This document shows positions 11,958-25,044 of a stretch of DNA of 64,000 nt, piece after piece. A program made the translations under genes and the position numbers. The stretch is from Trypethelium eluteriae (Eukaryota): NCBI GenBank assembly GCA_051942245.1, contig JAVECL010000043.1:1-64000 (forward strand). Reading direction: 5' to 3'. The notes under the pieces are model-generated. The model was not told the DNA's origin and searched no databases. It saw only the letters and a program-made list of their open reading frames with translations. Each line of letters begins with the position of its first letter. The stretch's first letter is position 1.

Positions 11958-14900
11958 TAAAATTGGGAAAAGGGAGTGAGACGGGAGTAGTGGGAGCGTT
12001 GGGTATTCATACATTGGGATGAGGTTGGTAGTGGGCGGCCACTGATTACGTGATCTTGGTAGTTAGATTCTGCAGAGGATAGATAGCTCCCGATCGCACT
12101 CTCAGATCGAGGCATGGAAGTGCGAAATGAAATTTCGAGACGGGTTTCTCTTGCTTGTTCTCCTTACTTTTTTCTGGAAAGATTAAATCCGCGGAAACGA
12201 TAATAATACTGACCAGGATCGACCGAATGCGGTCGATCATTTCGATACCTTGATATGTGCACGCACGAGGCGTAATGCAGATCAACTGATAACGGAGGAT
12301 ACTATTTCCGCCTCATGTATCCGTCTTCTCCCTTGGTCCGGTCAATCGCCGGTAGCGAAAGTTGCGGTTCTTCGCCCTTATGCTGGGCTTCATGCGTGAC
12401 GCAGGAACTTCAGCCCTAAAACTTTAATCTGTCAACAGTGCATGGCTCAGTGATCCTGCACAAGCCAAAAATAGCAGATTCGGGACCAAAAGCTATGTAG
12501 TTTGCGCCGCGTGTGTGTAGGTGGTTCGGAAACTTTACGGAGGGGATCGAAGCAATCATATACCACTCGAACGAAAAGGAATGATTCGAAAGGGTACGGT
12601 GAATTTACTCTATCTGGTAAAGTCGGAAAAACAAGAGACGCTATCTCAGGAGCCCAATGGCTTATCGAAGCCCGGCTTCTTACCGGTTCGGAGACATTAA
12701 TAAGTCGTCGAACTGCATTTTCGGCGATGATCAATCCACGTTTCCTGAAGTAGTACTTGGAAGTAAAATTGAATTGGGTCAGGCGTTGTTCTCAGCCAGT
12801 CAAGTGCAAAGCCACTGCATGTCCGAATAGAGTGGAACCTGCCTTTTCTCTAATGTGTTCTATCTGTGCAGGTAAACGATCACATGGGCTAGGCTTCCTC
12901 CCATTGTTCTTCATTAAAGGGGCCAGATAAGGTCGATAAGATATTTGGGAAGACTTCAGGGGGAAAACGGCGTAGACGGAAAATAAAATTTTAAGAGCCA
13001 TTCGAAACGGGGAAGAGGCTAGAACTTTTCGGCGTTCCCTGGAGAGACGGGGAGGGCTAATAAGGTATGAAGAATACCCCGAAGCTACGCAGCCTGCGCC
13101 GGCAGCCTTATTTGTAATGCTAGATTTGATTGCCTACCACAGATGGCTTGACAGTCTTGCGTTCATAGGGTGAAATGTCTGCCCTTCAATTACGCCTGTA
13201 AGTCATTTATTTGCCATGAACGCGAGCCGGCACATTATCGGGCATGATTGCATGCCTTCTTTCTAGGAGCTGGATTCAAGACTGGAACGTTGATGGCGAT
13301 CGATCATCATCCGGAAGCCTTAGTAGGGGAATCAATGTTGTCCATAGCATTCGGAGTAGGCTTTCCACAACCAGCCAAAGGGACCTTTACGAGAGCACGT
13401 AAATAGGGTTGCCGGAATCGGATAGCCCCAATTAGGACAACCGGCCCGTGGTGTTGCAGGACACATCACCATTCTTAGTCGAATCTAAATGCTCCCGGCT
13501 CGCGAAAAGGTCTCGTTTTTGAAAGTGGTCGAAGAGAGATCAGATAGAAGATGCTTTATAACGAGATAGGGTCGAACTCGAGTCTATAGTATGATATCTT
13601 GTAGAGTTAGCATATTACGCGACAGGGTGCACGTGATGGAAGTTTGACATAGGACCTAGCAATCGGAGAAAAATTCGTCTACCTCGGGAGGTCGCTAACC
13701 CTGCCGATCTTGTTCTTTCATCGGACCAAGTCCGTACACTTATCTAGGATAACTGAGCCGTTGGGTAGAGATGGAGACTGATGACCGTTGCCTCTAATTG
13801 CCTGTTCGGTCGAATGGTTTTCTTTAAGACAGCCGCATTGCATAGAGTCGGACTGATTCAAGACACTGGAGGGTTCAGCTCGTGTTGCACGTCACGCGAT
13901 TCGAGCTGCACCAGAGGTCCAATAGCCAAGCTTTGGGGCTCGTGGCTATGCAGTGGAGAGGAATGATGAATGCGAGACCAGTACGGGAGCCTGTAAGAAC
14001 ATAGTCCCGCTGCACGTTGGACATCCATTTTCCAACAGAAAGGTGTGCTTGAGGTCAGGAAGCTGCCCGATAGGCGCCAAATGAGAGATTATCATTTAGA
14101 ATACATAAGCGCGACTGCAAAGACGGAGCTACGTCTCCCAATGCAGGAGATGGTTTTGATGGTGATGGCGCGCTGTCGGGCTAGGCTAGTAGGCATCAAA
14201 GTCGCGCAGGTATTCTGATCGGCTTTTTGATCGACTTGGGTGGCGCACTTCTAAGCGTAGCGTGGAGTTCGGCACTTCCCATTGGTATGCCTCGTGCTTG
14301 ATGGCCGCCGCGAAGGAGCACGAGGAGAAGATTGCGAAAGGAGGTGCCTCTTGAAAAGCACTCCCGAGACCAAGGTCAGTAGTACATTAGTCGCATCTTG
14401 GCTCTTTTCACAGATGCAATTCCCGAGGCCATGTTCCCGGAACGCCCATCCGCGGGTTTAGCCGTACACATGTTACATAGGTATATAGCGGTACTGCATA
14501 CGTCATTAGCTCGAGAGTGGTTATCCCGGCCCCGTCGCCGACAGGTTTTGCTTGCTAAAGTACTCCATGACCTGAATCAGTCTGCCCTACGGCAACTCGT
14601 GTCTTCCGGGATGTTGTGTGGGTTGGCTAGGGGGAGATCGGGTCTGTAATTGCAATGCTTGCTCAGGCATGGTTTGTAGACGAACGCAAGCACAGACGCT
14701 GGTCTGCTGTCAAGATCCCACCCTAGACATAGGAAGTGAGGCGTGGTAGGTAGTTATCGGACACAGGGCCGCCAGGGTCGAGGATGATTTATCCAGAATC
14801 CGTCCATGAGCGCAATGCCGATTACAGCCCCAGCGCTGGGTCCAGGACGCAATAGTCCTCTCTAATAAGGGAGGGTCGGCGAGGGTGGCACCTTTGTCGA

Positions 14901-15605
14901 ACATTGCGTCTTGATGATGCAGCCTAATGTGGCTAGATACAGCAGCTCGAATCATAGCCTCGGTCTCTCATTGTTCTGTGTCTGATCCTCCGTCACGGCC
15001 CATGGCTTCCGGTGTTCACCCTCGATTCTCCAAAGCCAAGCCTCCCGAGAGGGTGAGGTCCACGTCTACCGGCGTCTTAACCCTAGTCCCTTTCCGCAGC
15101 GCTGCACGGATGCATCAGCTGAGCAGTAGCCAGTAGGCAGGCCATCGTCAGGGACTCTTTGAGATGTCAAGAGTGTCTGCTCAAAGCCCTGTCATAGAGA
15201 GGCCGCCTCAGAACCGGCTTCGCATTGGTCGTCTCTGTAAAGCCATTGCCGTTTTATACCGTCTCGGTGCCGTCTTATGCCTCCGCGGTCTTGATTTGAA
15301 GTTTTCATGCCCAACGCGGCCGACAATATCTTGATCCTTCTGCAAGAAATATGTCAAAGACTCATTAGCGATTGTTGGGCTCCACACTCACGGCTGCAAC
15401 TTTCTTGCACGGGACCACTCCGACATACAAACACAGTCATCGAAGATTTAGCTCCGAGCAGATCCTGTTCCAAGTCGCTGTCGAGAAATTGGCGTCGTCC
15501 ATGAAAGTAATCAATAACCCGACTTGGAGAAGACGTCCTTTGCACATACCTTTATCCAAGCGCTCCTAAACTGTTGGTTTGAAGTGACACAAGACCCCTG
15601 AGCCC

Positions 15606-17144
15606 ATGGCCAACAACGCTGCTACCTACAGCGAGACATTCCCGTATTGCGACAGAGAGTATCAAACCTTCTCAGTCCGCAACGGAATATACTGTGTCCC
15701 CGTTGACAATGTGCGTCTCTCTTCAGTCTCCATTACACTACCGAATGTGACTCGGTTCGGAAGAGGGGTGAGGGCTTGCCAGGAAAATACCACAGTCTCA
15801 TTTTTCTCGAATGGTGAATCCGCAAACCACATGGGCCTTTAGCTAACCAAGATAGGCTGAGGAAGAAAGGTTGCACACGCAACATAACCTCATGCAACTT
15901 GTACTTCGCAACAGACTCATCATTCCCCCAATGACAGAAGTTCCCGACTCGATTTTGGAATGTGGCTATGGCCAAGGCGCGTGGGCGGTAGCTATTGCGG
16001 AGCTCTATCCAGACAGCGAGGTACGTGACACAGGCTGGAGCCTGTGTTTTTCTAGGTGCACCGACTTAAAATGTCCGCGAAGTTTTTATGTGGCGTGGCA
16101 AGGCAATCTACCAGGAGTGTCGCCATAGGATGCCGTATCTGCCACCCATCCGTAGTCGTTTCCTGTTGCCCTGGGGTCACTGTCGTTTCTTTCAACCTTT
16201 CAAGGCTCATGATGATGACAAAATTGACTCATGACATATTGCAGGTTAACGCCATCGATATCTATCCGAGTAACATCCAAGGACCCGAGAACCTAAAGCT
16301 AGGGATATGTAACCTCAACAATGCTGTCAGGGAGTGGGGGTTCCGACCGCAATCCTTTGATTTGATTAACTCTCGCTTCTTGGCGCCTGGCATAAATAAG
16401 ACACGATGGCAAACATATGTTCGTGACTTGGCCAGATTGCTGAAGCGCAAGGGCTGGCTGCAGATGGTGGAATGGGGTTACCTCATACAGTCCGACAGTG
16501 GCATGCTTCACGAGAACAGTTTTTGTCGGCGGTGGAACGATCTATACCGAGAGGCTCTCAATGAGAGTAAAGATCTTCGTGTTGGTCAGAAGTTGCGCGA
16601 CTTGATGCGCAGCGCGGGCCTTCAGCGTATAGAGACCACTGTGAGTCCAATTCCAATAGGCAATTGGAAACCAGGTACGTCACGGACTTTCCTGATTGTC
16701 CCTTTTCAATGGCCAGCCAGTCCAACCATTGTTCATCCCTTCGTTGCCAAGTCCTTGTCGTAACCGACCTTGCTTGCTCTGTGGTAGGTGTAGTGACTCA
16801 CTTGAATTAAGACCCAAGCGATACAGCGTCTTTTCGTATGAAAATTGCTTTTGAGTGTGTCTTGAATGCTGAAAGCTGATCGCATCTATCGCCAGGATGG
16901 GAGGACGCAGGTCAGCTCAACCAGTACGTTATCAGCGAAGCACTCGAATCGTTGACAGTGTGGACCTTTACTCGAGAGCGTGGATTCACCCAACAACAAG
17001 TTACAAATCTTGCAAATCAGTGCCGAGCCGAGATGAATGCGCGAGGATACAAATTATACATGCAACTGTCGGTATTATCCAGAAACTTGATTGCGAAATC
17101 ACTAACACCAGACCAGGTACATCGGTTATGGGCAGAAGCCGTAG
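15606..17144 (+). CDS. LaeA-like class I SAM-dependent methyltransferase, multi-exon
   Basis: 'YCVPVDN|AEEERLHTQH', SAM motif ILECGYGQGAWA, 'FDLINSRFL', 'LKRKGWLQMVE', 'IPIGNW' and C-terminal 'YIGYGQKP*'. Introns at about 15711-15854, 16021-16244, 16675-16895 (possibly split by a 24-nt microexon) and 17068-17116. Confidence 0.88.
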
Positions 17145-19714
17145 GATCTCCATGAGGTTCAGTTTCGCCATTGAGATGTGATCTTTATTTGGTGTAAATA
17201 GCCTTCAAGACAACACTCTGGATTGTAGAATCGCCACTTAACTCTTTTAATTCGATGTTCGACGGCAAATTCCAAGAGTCCCAACATAGGTTCCGTCTGC
17301 CTGCGCTTAAATCATTCTCTCCACCTGGGTGGAGAGCAGCCGTACTGGTGACCTTGAAGCTGAATATGTAGCTATGGTTGTCATCGCAGACGACAAACGT
17401 TCAGCATGGAGTTTCCGTATCCGCAACTTCGCATTGTTCGCGTATCTTGGCCCAAGGTGACAGCCTCCCGAGGTTGAAGGTAAGCCTGACCCTTCGATTG
17501 AGAGGAGGATACACCAATCTATCACCTTGATTAGCCTGTACAGTCTAACAGGATCTTACTGAGAGCCTCTGTGTCTTGCTACGCTAGCCCTCAAAGTACG
17601 TTGACAGGTCAAGGCTCCTTGAAATCAGGTGAAAGCCGTCAAATGTTGGCGATGAGCATGAGCTGGATGGTCGAGGTCGAATTGGTGCGCGTTGGTGTCT
17701 TGCGACGGATTACTACGCGTTTTCAAAAGATCGACCGGTATCCTTGAGTGAGTGTCTCTGGGCTGCGATACTGGAGTCGAGTGAGGGCCGCCATAGTGAA
17801 GGGAGAGGGAAAAGTGTCAAGGAGAGGGTTGGGATTGGGGCTTTGTCCCCACTTTAAGGGATATGACGAGCATTCCGACGAATACCACGGCCTAACAGGC
17901 AGTGGACGGCAGCCAATAGACATCATGACCGGAGGTGATCAATTCCAAAAGCTTAGTCTAGGGGCACGCAAGATCGCTACATTTGGAGAAAAGTCAGATG
18001 AAGCAGGAGCAGCAGCAGGCTCAGCCAGAACAGGAAGCAACGATCTTTCTACTTGAGTTACGATCGGGAGGTAGATCAAGCAAGAACTAGAAGACCTCCC
18101 TACACCTGCTACGACGCATCGAAACGAGCAGGCGTGAGCCACGCGCGGTCAGACCTGCTCAACAAGGACAACGGATGGACGGGGACGGGTAGTCTAGGTC
18201 TGCAGCCCCCTCGCGTCCGTCGGGCCGCTATCGCCCAAGTCCATGGAAACGAGTACCCAGGACAGTGACTTGGATCACTGGTGACCACAACCGCAGATGA
18301 GTGGCGTTGAACAGCGGACCAGGTATCGAAGGTACTAAGGTACGCCGCACGCCCTCTCCTTAAACTCACCACCAACCCCCACGCACGTTGTCGCTCTGAT
18401 TGCCATCCCACCTGTCAACAAGGCAACTAGCTCCATCGTTGCAGCCTTCCAAGGTTGCTACTTCCTACCTCGTCACCTCGTCCTTCTAGACCACCGCTCC
18501 ACCTCTCCTGGACGCACACGAGCTGCGCGGGTGGAGGGTCGGATCGAAATCGAAACCTTATTCCCACCACGTTACAACCCGGACCACAAGCTGTGCCATG
18601 CCATCCTCGCTAGGCGGATGCCCACGGGGAGACGGGAATTCTTTAGGCTTGCAGCTTCCTGTGGACTGCTGTCTATTTCGAATCCTACTTGGCTCCATCA
18701 CGTTGCATACCGAAGCTATGTAGAGACCGGGGTGATGTGATGACGGACAGGAGACGGCAGTTGCCCCGGATTGACGAGGCTTGTTAGGGGATAGACTGAA
18801 GGGGACCTGTTCCACCTGCAGTTCCGAGATTCCCGCAAATTGACACCCTAATCCTCTTCCTTGACATGGACGTTTGTCTTATCGACCCTTCGAATCGATT
18901 ATAGGGTATCGACCCTTCATTCCCAAACGCCCTGAGCCACGCCGCCATGCAAGATTGGGGGCCAACGACACCGACCCGTCCTCAGGCCAGCGATGTTGGC
19001 GACCGATTCGTCCGTTCTTCTCACGCGTTTGCCATCTCTCAACAGATTTAGGCGGCGTCCATGCAATGTTTGAACAGTGCAGCATAAGCTGATAGAATAC
19101 GGGATGACATCAGGTGTCCAGACCTAGCCCTATATCACCACCGCCGATCTTTATCTATTTCATCCGCATTCGATTTCCTAGTTTGGCCGTGCATCCGTTC
19201 AGCAAAACCTTAAGAACCGGATTAGGTCAGCGCCTGGATACTCGGTGTATTTATCAAGCCACTGCTCCAACATCTATACATTAGTGCGTCCCTTTCAATA
19301 CTCGATCAAAACGTGTAAGTGCATTCCTACTGAAGTATTTCTCTTACAGTATGGTGCGCGCAAGACGACACTCGGCCACCTCTAAACCGGCTTCCAAGAC
19401 TCGGTTTTAGACAGGTTTAGCCGCCGTTGAGCTGCGTCCCACTACCCCACCAAATCGCTTCTCTCCGCTCATTTCTCCGCCTCTCTTGTCCTTTGCACCT
19501 GCGTCTTCCGGTCACGGCATTTCATGGCCTATTTTGCCCTTTCCCATGATTTTCCCCAGATGCTAGCGGCTCTGACGGCAGATGGCCTTGGAGCCGTCCC
19601 GTCTCCGTCTTTCCGAAATACGACATGCAGTAGTTTGGCAGAAGAATATTTAAACTGCGGTGAGTTCCCAGCATGAATTTGTGATCACGTTTAACCACGT
19701 CTGCTGCTCTTAAA

Positions 19715-20834
19715 ATGTATTGGCTCTCCCTTTCACTGCTCGCTATCTCCGGTACAACCGCCATTGCCGGAAGGCTAAGGGCGAATGAGCATTCCTGGAA
19801 CTTGAAAAACTTTACATCCCTTGTTGCATTTGGAGATTCGTACACAGACGAGTCCCGATTCTCATATTTTTATGCTCATAATGGCACGGCGCCTCCTGTT
19901 GGCTGGGTAGATCCAGAGGTAAATCTTATGTCTCGACACCCGTGCATCTACTCTCGGCTTACTGATGGCTTAGAGTTTCTCTGCCTCGGACGGAGGAATC
20001 ATCTGGGCTCGTTGGGTCAGCATATATACCGGTGCCAATCTCTACAACTACGCCGTCTCCGGTGCCGTCTGTGACAACGATTTCACCCCTCGTCTTGTCG
20101 AAAGTGGATCAGGAAGCTACTTCGACTTTCCCGCCGTCAGACAATACGAGATCCCTGCCTATATCGCTGATAGCCAGTACACGTACGCTAATGGGACCAC
20201 ATTTCTTGACATCCCGGCCAATGAAACTGTTTATTCCATGTGGATCGGAACCAATGATCTTGGCGCCGGTGCTTTCCTTACCGATTCGCAACAGGACAAC
20301 TCAACATTGGTTGACTACCTTGATTGTGTCTACAACCAGTTCGACCGTGTCTATGCTAATGGTGGTCGTTACTTCATCCTCCAAAACAATGCACCCCTTC
20401 AGTTTGCACCGCTGTACTCTCTCCCAGACAACGCGGGCCAGGCCGGCAATCAAAATGCGACTGAACTCCATTACCGTATAGAAGAGGAGGCGCTACTCAC
20501 CAACTCTGTTTACCAGTACCGTACACCTTACGAACTGCTGGTAGCCAACCGCTACCCTGGCGCTCACTTCGCCATTTACGATGTCCACGGCCTGATATCC
20601 GATATTTACTACAATCCAAGTAAGTATCTAAACGGCAGCGCACCTCTCAATGTGACGGGCTACTCAGACGTGTGCAATGCAAACGGCACCGTCTGCGTGG
20701 AGTCAAGCAACCCGGACAGTTACTTATGGTATAACACTTTGCACCCGAGCCAACAAACGGATCGAATCATTGCGCAGAACTTTGTAGATGTTGTGAGAGG
20801 TAACGGAACTTGGGCAACGTACTGGTCCTCGTGA
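19715..20834 (+). CDS. Secreted SGNH/GDSL hydrolase (CE16-like acetylesterase), 2 exons
   Basis: Signal peptide; block I FGDSYTD, block II YNYAVSGAVC, block III WIGTNDL, block V WYNTLHPS. Intron 19919-19973. Confidence 0.9.
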
Positions 20835-21477
20835 GAATATAATGGGGACCTGAAGTTAATCTATTGGAATAGAACAAAAGTCGTCAAACAACGTCTTGAT
20901 ATGAAAATAAAACAACGAATGTAATGACGTTAGGAGAAACACTGATCCGCAAGACTATTCGCAGTCCTAAGCCTGCGTCAAGACTCGTATCATTATTGCC
21001 CATGCACGCACTGACGTGGAGGAAAAGCAGAGTCCACGAAGCACACAACTTCAGAATCAGAGGCGTGCTGTTGTCTGAGGTGTGCTTGCTGTGGCTGCAT
21101 TGGAAAAGCATCATTCAAGCACGCTTTGAGAATCTGTGAATAGCTTCCCCAGGTCCTTGATAAGTCGACAGTCAATGTTCGTTAAGCATATGTCGAAGAC
21201 GGATGAGGGAGTTGGTCACACATGAAGTTGCGTATCAGCTGATGCAGATGGGCCTTAGGCACACAACCTGAGATGTAATGAGTTTTAAAACTCGGTCTAC
21301 GACTATCCTCGTCCAGATCACTTATCATTCATTCATTCATCCTTCCAAAGCGCCTGCGCCAAAGTCTCCCCATCACCTCGACATATCCTCATCCATCCCT
21401 CACTACCTCCAACCAACCAACCAACCAACTAGTCATACTCCACCTCCCCCATTTCCCCCTCCAAACTCACCAATGCC

Positions 21478-23309
21478 TCACTGATCCGCCACCAAATTCT
21501 GCCCATCCCTCAAGCCCTCAACCACAAGCGGCTCCCCGGTCGCCCGCCGATAGATATCCTGGACATCATCCGTCGTCGTCTCGAAGTGGCTCGTCGCGTC
21601 GTAGCTCTTGGAGATGAAGATGCCGTCGTTGACGCCGGACTCGAGCGGCTCGTAGAGCGGGATGGGCGGGCCCATGAAGCACTCCTGGATGCTGCCGAGG
21701 CGGTCGAGCCCGTGCTGCAGCTCGAGGTGCGTGTTGGCGTCGCCCTCGGCGATGGTGGACACGATGGCGATGTAGTAGCCCTTGGGGCAGACATTGTGTG
21801 CGGAGGAGACCATGGCGATGTAGATGTCTGTTTACGGAGAGTCTGTTGTTAGCTCGACGGGGTCTGGGGTAGGCTCTGGAGTAGGGAAACTCTTGTCTAT
21901 TCTTCCGAAATGAAGACGTTCGGTAACAGGAGGGAAAAGAGGAACGTACCATTCTTCCTGCCCACCTGACTTTGGGGGATGATCAGCTGCAGGCTGTCGC
22001 TGTTCTCGGTGTTCGGAATCGGGTGGTTCAAGATGCAGATTGCTTTCAAGAGGGTTCCGACTACGCGGACTTTGCTGGAGAAGTAGCTTGGGTCTGCGAT
22101 GATCTTCTTGCACTTCGTCTCAAACTTCATCCCTTCGCCCTCGTCGCCTCTCTCCTTCATGGTTGCTTTGATGCCCGAGACCTTGTTGCCATTATACAAA
22201 ACCTCATCTACATTGGTATTCAGCATGTATGTGCCGCCGTAGATTGCTGAGAGACGAGCGAAACCTTGAGGTAGTTCTCCGAGGCCGTAGAGTGGGTAGA
22301 TGTATGGGGATTTGCCGTATCGAGCCATCGAATTGACGTATAGACGAATTCGTTGGACACAGTCTTTTGCCTGTCCTGGCTTGTTGATGTAGGAGTCATC
22401 GTGGTAGAGGGCCATGCTGTGGCCGACGAAATCCCGAGTGGTTGCTTCGAGGCCGAATTTATCATAAACGTCTTTCATCGTCGATTGGCCCAGATTCATT
22501 CCTAAATCAAGTTTCAGCCTTCTCTTCTTTTCAAGCTACCATACTGTATACTACGCAAAAAATGGAATGCTGACCGTTATGCGTAGCTGGATCCTCCTCC
22601 TTGTAATCCCCTACCCACTGTAGAAAGTTCTTGGCCCTTCTCTTCTCAAACATGCCCATGAGAGACGATCTTAATGCTTCTCCCGCAGTTGAAGGTACTT
22701 TGGCAACTGTGGCTTTTGGACCTTTGCCCTGCTGGACATAACTGCCCGCTATCTGTTTGAATTCGAGATATCTTGTCACATCCGTAGAGACGAGGATATT
22801 CGTAAGTTCACCGTTGGACATAAGGAGTTTAGGGACAAGATCGATATTCCAGTCGTTGGGCCGGCCGTATTTTTTCCAAGGCTCTTCACCTTCCTTGTGG
22901 TTGCCATACTTTCGAAAGAGCTGTTTGAGATTAGCACTCGAAAGAAGAGGAGCTTCTATGATGCGCTCACATGTTCTAGATTGACAGATGCTGACTCTCT
23001 GAGGATTGAATCAGCTTGAGCTACACCATTGAACCTGAGTGTTTGTAATTTACCCTCCGTAGTGGTCGTTCCTATCAATGTGTAGGACTTTGTTTCCTTT
23101 CACGCTCATTACTCCGGAGAGGACACATTCCGTTAGACCTGGCTAGCATAAGCTTTCCCTTCACAGGAAAAAATCTTCTCGCGGACTGTAGTCTTGAAGG
23201 CGCTTGTCCTGCCAAAGGCGCAGATTCCTGTTGCGTAGTCCATAGTGGGGTAGTTTAGCATACCTGTTCCAAGAACGACAACGTCATATTCTGGGGCGAT
23301 TTCATCCAT
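21478..23309 (-). CDS. GDI1: Rab GDP-dissociation inhibitor, multi-exon
   Basis: [16 protein letters not shown], '[16 protein letters not shown]', '[34 protein letters not shown]' and '[13 protein letters not shown]', with several canonical introns. Confidence 0.97.
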
Positions 23310-23759
23310 GCTGCCGACTGGACACGGGTTTGCTGTAGTCGAGGGAATCAAGCTTTCTGATCTGTTGTGTACAAGGGTTTCGAGAATCCGAGGGTTGAAA
23401 GATGGAACGTTGTTGTTTGAGAATGGCCACCGCTTGGAACATGCAGACGTGGGGTCACCCGTGGATTGATTCTCAGACGCGCTTATTATTACAGCCTCCT
23501 ACCTGAACAGACGACATTGAAGCGCCAAACAAGATCATGTCCTTCATCTACTCGCGATTCAAAGGAGTACTGACTTGGCTCCTGTGTCGCGAGTTCAATG
23601 CTAGACTACATTCAGATCCTGGCGCCTTGCAGTACGCTGCGGAGATGAATCAGCAGAGGTAAAATATTTAAATCTATTTACAGTAATTTTACAGATAGAT
23701 GAACATAATCGCATGCCGATCCCGCTAGCCACGGCTGTCTTTTCAAGTTCAAGGTTTGT

Positions 23760-24707
23760 TTATCCAGTCGCTGCTGGCTGTGGCCTATGTTGTGTCGAAT
23801 CGGCTTCAGGGGGTACTTCTTTCAGTGTCTCCTCTCCTACTGCATCGGTTTGTCTTTCTTCCGGTTCTTCGATGATCTCTTCTGACTCAGCATCGTCCTC
23901 CTGTTCTTTGTCAGCGTCGTGTATGATACTCGAATTAATGGGTCCCATACCTCAAAGTTTTGAGGTGTCCAGACAGGTCCGTTACCCGACAAATCAAGCC
24001 CTTCTTCTACCGCAACTTGGCGCGCAGCATCCCATGCATACCACCTTTCGGTCAAGCCATGTTTTATCGCACGCTGTGTGAATTTGATCTAGAGAAGAGA
24101 CTCATCAGCAAGCCCGCGATCAGACACAGAGCAATGATTGCCAAAATCTACCGTTCTTTCCCTCTCCTGTGATTCATAGTCTCCGTAACCTGCATTCAAC
24201 CGCCTTCGTTCATACGCCTCTGTAGCAAGTCGATTGCGTTCCTTGACGCAAACCCACCATAGCCTATGTAGGTCTTCCCATGATTTATGACGGAGCTCTT
24301 CAACAGTCCAAGCCCTTCCTGTGTCACTAATCAGCCGATCCGAAATCCTACAAATCCTAGCATTCATTACCATGTGCATGGTCTTCATCCGGACTAGTGA
24401 GGGCACTCCGCTTGTCGTTGAAGAATTGCCATAACCCGTGGTCTGGGTCAATTTGGATTTTGGAATGTTTGGTACGATCGAGAACTGGCGTTGGTAGGTC
24501 CTCCTTCTTTACGTGCAGAGTTTGACGGCGACGAAGTCCAGTAGCATGAATAGCAGAGACACCTCGATTGCGACTCTTATCCCTCTTTAAGCGTTGTGCG
24601 GTCGTAGAGAACGGTAATGACGGAACTTTCGACGATTTTGGGGGGCAAAGTCCTGGGATGAGGAAGGTTGGAAAAGTGGAGGTTCGCGTCGCAGACAAGC
24701 ATTGCAT
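23760..24707 (-). CDS. MRPL4: Mitochondrial large ribosomal subunit protein uL29m (MRPL4/L47), multi-exon
   Basis: Mitochondrial-presequence-like start, 'DHGLWQFF', '[33 protein letters not shown]', '[16 protein letters not shown]'. The last intron 23901-23950 leads to an acidic tail. Confidence 0.92.
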
Positions 24708-25044
24708 CTTGGAATATGACTCAACTGCAATGAATCTGCGAATCAGACACGGCTTGTGGAAGGAAGGCGGAAGGCGACATTCGGATTCAGACGACGGGGA
24801 CAAGAAAATGGGTTGTGAAGGATAAGAAGTCTATTGGGTTAGATTCGGTACTCGGTAGCTTCAGCCTCAGCCCTACAAGCCACCTGTGGCTGGGTGGGAG
24901 ACGCAACTTCAAGGGATCGCGTACTACATACTTCCACGGGAGTGTTTCGAGAGTTGTAATAGCTAACCTTAAAGGTACCACCACTGGCGCTCTCAATACT
25001 CGCGAACCCCGCAATACCTTCATTCTACGTTCGCACAGCTAGCC
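24708..25044. promoter_or_regulatory. Short shared (bidirectional) promoter region of MRPL4 and NOT2
   Basis: The two divergent start codons are only about 340 bp apart. Confidence 0.6.

Noticed and set aside
13690..15090. Telomerase RNA candidate from TAACCCT-like words
   Set aside because: No complete TAACCCTAA template, and I could not identify pseudoknot or P6/P6.1 elements.
17519..17559. Minus-strand intron-like signal (GTAAG..GCTAATC..AG) implying an antisense spliced transcript
   Set aside because: The implied intron is only 34-41 nt and has no coding context; too weak without RNA data.
18737..18799. Box C/D snoRNA-like GTGATGA...CTGA (also near 27340 and 31744)
   Set aside because: No terminal stem and no recognisable rRNA-antisense guide.
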